Source: Planctomycetota bacterium
GTDB lineage: Bacteria > Planctomycetota > UBA11346
NCBI GenBank assembly: GCA_023150565.1
Contig: JAKLKR010000002.1
Coordinates: 26,757-90,756, forward strand
Direction: 5' to 3'
Length of the DNA stretch: 64,000 nt
The translations under genes were made by a program, and so were the position numbers. Shown piece after piece: positions 61,837 to 64,000 of the stretch. Position 1 is the stretch's first letter; each line of letters opens with the position of its first letter. The notes below the pieces were generated by a model, which searched no databases, was not told where the DNA came from, and worked only from the letters and a program-made list of their open reading frames with translations.

Positions 61837-62249
61837 GGCAATTCCCGCCGGTACTTCACCCCGTCGGCGCCGTCCGCGTAGTAGCCGGGCAGGGGTCCCG
61901 TCAGCTGGAAGCCGAGGCGCTCGTAGAGGGCGCGGGCGGCGGCGTTGGCGGCGCGCACCTCGAGCGACATCGCGGTGCAGCCGCGACGGCGGGCGTCGCG
62001 CGCGAGCGCGGCCACCAGCAGGGCGCCGAGGCCGCGGCCGCGGCAGACGGGATCGACCGCGAGGGAGTACAGCCGCGCCACCCGGGCGCCGCGCCGGTAG
62101 AGCACGGTGGCGGCGGCGCGCACCAGCGCGCCCTCGCGCAGCACCAGGGTGCGCGAGGTGCCGGCGGCGGCCGCCGGCCCGACCATGCGCGCCCAGGTGC
62201 GGCGCGGGAAGCAGTCGGCCTCGGGGAAGCAGGCGTGTTCGAGCTGCAT
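61833..62249 (-). CDS. GNAT-family N-acetyltransferase (RimI-like)
   Basis: Acetyl-CoA motif YSLAVDPVCRGRGLGALLVAAL and C-terminal ALYERLGFQ. Only the C-terminal 138 aa of the ORF 61833..62942 look protein-like. Confidence 0.7.
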   Translation of the reverse strand: MQLEHACFPEADCFPRRTWARMVGPAAAAGTSRTLVLREGALVRAAATVLYRRGARVARLYSLAVDPVCRGRGLGALLVAALARDARRRGCTAMSLEVRAANAAARALYERLGFQLTGPLPGYYADGADGVKYRRELP

Positions 62250-62308
62250 CAGCGCGTCGGCATCGGCCGCCCGCGCATCGACCAGGCGCGGCGCGGCCGC
62301 GCCCCGCT

Positions 62309-63205
62309 TCAGATCCAGCCTTCCCACGGCTCGCCCACCAGGTGGCGCACCACGTTGCGGTAGACCTCGGGGTTGTTCTGGTCCTCGTTGCCGGCGTCGA
62401 TGTTGGGATTGTCGTTCACCTCGATGACGATGAACTGCCCGTCGATCTCCTTGACGTCGACCCCGAACAGCGAACGGCCGATGCAGTTGCCGGCCGCCAG
62501 CGCGACGCGCACCAGCTCGGGGGGGACCTCGGAGCGGTCGACGCTCTCGACCGAACACAGGCTGGGCTTGCCCTCGTCGTCCTTGTCGTGGATGCGCCAG
62601 GCGCCCTTGGCCATCACGTACTTGACCACGAACAGCACCTTGCCGTCGAGCATGGTCACGCGCCAGTCGAAGGCGCTGGGCAGGTACTGCTGCACCACCA
62701 GGCGGTCGGCGCGGCGCAGGAAGCGCTTGCCGACCTTCTCGAAGGCCTCGCCGTCGTTGACCTTTTCCACGTAGGCGCTGAACGAGGAGTTGGGCGCCTT
62801 GAGCACCAGCGGCCGGCCGAAGGTCTCGAACAGCTCGTGCGCCTGCTCGACGGTGACCTCGTCCTCGGTGAGGAAGCGGGTCTCGGGCATCGGCACCTTG
62901 GCGCGCATCAGGTGCTGGTACATGTTCACCTTGTCGCAGCACACCACGATCGCCGCCGGCTCGTCGATCACGCGCAGGCCGTAGGCCTCGCCCATGCGCG
63001 CGGCGACGTAGCTGGTGTTGAGCGGGTCGGTGAGCGCGCGGATCAGCAGCCCGTCGTAGCGCGGGATGTTCATGATCTCGGGGCGGAACAGGAAGTCGCA
63101 GTCGTGCCCGAGCTTGGCCGCGGCGATGCGGAAGTTGGTCAGCGCGGTCAGCTCGATCGCGCGGCGGATGGTGTTGCGCTCGGTGAAGATGGCGAGGCGG
63201 GACAT
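62309..63205 (-). CDS. RimK-like ATP-grasp ligase
   Basis: ATP-grasp motifs LVLKAPNSSFSAYVEKV and GVDVKEIDGQFIVIEVNDNPNIDAGNEDQ. 298 aa. Confidence 0.8.
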   Translation of the reverse strand: MSRLAIFTERNTIRRAIELTALTNFRIAAAKLGHDCDFLFRPEIMNIPRYDGLLIRALTDPLNTSYVAARMGEAYGLRVIDEPAAIVVCCDKVNMYQHLMRAKVPMPETRFLTEDEVTVEQAHELFETFGRPLVLKAPNSSFSAYVEKVNDGEAFEKVGKRFLRRADRLVVQQYLPSAFDWRVTMLDGKVLFVVKYVMAKGAWRIHDKDDEGKPSLCSVESVDRSEVPPELVRVALAAGNCIGRSLFGVDVKEIDGQFIVIEVNDNPNIDAGNEDQNNPEVYRNVVRHLVGEPWEGWI

Positions 63206-63267
63206 GGCGGCTCAGGGGGCGGGGTGGAGGGGCGGGCGGGAGCCCCGCCGTCCGGGCGGTGCACTGC

Positions 63268-63954
63268 TCAGCCGCGCCACAGCCCGGCCTCCTTGATGAT
63301 CGCCTTCTCGTTCTGGGTCAGCTCCTCGCGCTCGAGCGGCTCGATGGCGCTGAACAGGTAGTCGCCGGCGGTGACGATGACCTTCACCCGCGCCAGGGGC
63401 AGGCGGAAGATGCGCCACAGGCGCTCGGCCATGTCGCGGTACTCCGGCTTGAGGCAGTTGCCGAGCACCAGGCGCAGGGTGTCGAGGCGGCTGTCGGGGG
63501 GCAGCTCCTGGCACACCATCGGGTACTTGCCGCTCATCGACAGCGACTTGATCACGTCCTCGAGCTGGGCCTGGCCGTCGACCACCCGCCCCTCGTCCTG
63601 CCAGGGGTTGATCGGATAGATCACCACCGGCGGCGGGAAGCCGATGGTGGTGTCGTTGGCGATCTCCCAGCGCGGCACCGCCAGGCCGCCGGCGGCGGCC
63701 TTCTGCAGCGCCAGCGGCACCACGTAGGCGTCGAGCGCCTCGCGCGAGGTGGGGATGGCGGTCAGCCCCTCGTGCTCGGCTTCGAGGCTGCGGTAGTAGC
63801 CGTCGCCCAGGTACGAGTAGTCGCCATCGAGATTGACGAACACCTCGGCGGCGCGCAGGTCGGCCGGAAGCGGGAGTGAGGGGAAGCGGAGGGTGCCGTT
63901 GCGCGTAGCGCGCTCGGCGGCATCGCCGCTGGTCGATTGGGTGGTGGTGGCCAT
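63268..63954 (-). CDS. Hypothetical protein, possibly RimK-like ATP-grasp N-terminal (RLAN) domain protein
   Basis: 228 aa with normal composition, directly upstream of the ATP-grasp gene on the same strand. The RLAN assignment rests on context and length only. Confidence 0.45.
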   Translation of the reverse strand: MATTTQSTSGDAAERATRNGTLRFPSLPLPADLRAAEVFVNLDGDYSYLGDGYYRSLEAEHEGLTAIPTSREALDAYVVPLALQKAAAGGLAVPRWEIANDTTIGFPPPVVIYPINPWQDEGRVVDGQAQLEDVIKSLSMSGKYPMVCQELPPDSRLDTLRLVLGNCLKPEYRDMAERLWRIFRLPLARVKVIVTAGDYLFSAIEPLEREELTQNEKAIIKEAGLWRG

Positions 63955-64000
63955 GGTTCGGCGCCCGGGGCGCCTGTGGCGGCGGACGTTAGTGGGCCGG

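Overview
The window has very high GC (about 70-72%) and third-codon positions that are almost always G or C. This codon bias leaves the codon-aligned antisense frame open for kilobases. As a result, most of the very long ORFs in the six-frame track (for example 58..3168+, 6587..11137-, 11183..13834-, 16314..18911-, 27047..30223-, 40907..43516-, 45372..48203-) are artefacts. Real genes were chosen by amino-acid composition, recognisable motifs and gene context. Four paralogous prepilin-type DUF1559 (H-X9-DG) proteins, many secreted glycoside hydrolases and AraC/LacI regulators suggest Planctomycetota (Phycisphaerae-like) or Verrucomicrobiota; this is an inference. Content from left to right:
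- A large secreted protein missing from the ORF track because its stop lies off-window (<1..3021-).
- Three pseudopilin-to-secreted-hydrolase operons.
- AraC regulators, a low-GC MntA/HepT toxin-antitoxin pair with a frameshifted HepT, a GDSL hydrolase and RecQ.
- A GH78-like rhamnosidase.
- An AraC-SNF2 helicase-SWIM zinc-finger operon.
- A GH5-like gene broken by a +/-1 frameshift in a C5/G5 run.
- A CHASE/PAS histidine kinase and NtrC-type sigma-54 activator, followed by a predicted sigma-54-driven REC-MCP(NIT)-hybrid kinase operon.
- A LacI-epimerase-hydrolase-pseudopilin operon.
- Lon.
- A sugar cluster (AraC, 2-hydroxyacid dehydrogenase, xylose-isomerase-like TIM protein, GH36 alpha-galactosidase).
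- A SAM methyltransferase, gyrB, a cupin protein, an M28 peptidase and a DUF3592 membrane protein.
- A three-gene ATPase cassette (Hda-like mini-AAA+, polytopic membrane protein, large AAA ATPase) bracketed by two copies of a miniature inverted-repeat element that has a third collapsed copy elsewhere.
- A six-gene envelope operon: NitT/TauT-type ABC permease and ATPase, a coiled-coil membrane protein, a hypothetical protein, a membrane-anchored SsuA-like binding protein fused to OmpA, and PspA.
- An RLAN, RimK-like ATP-grasp, GNAT and secreted HEAT-like repeat protein operon.
No rRNA, tRNA, CRISPR array, transposase or integrase was seen. Coordinates of starts are accurate to about a codon unless stated.
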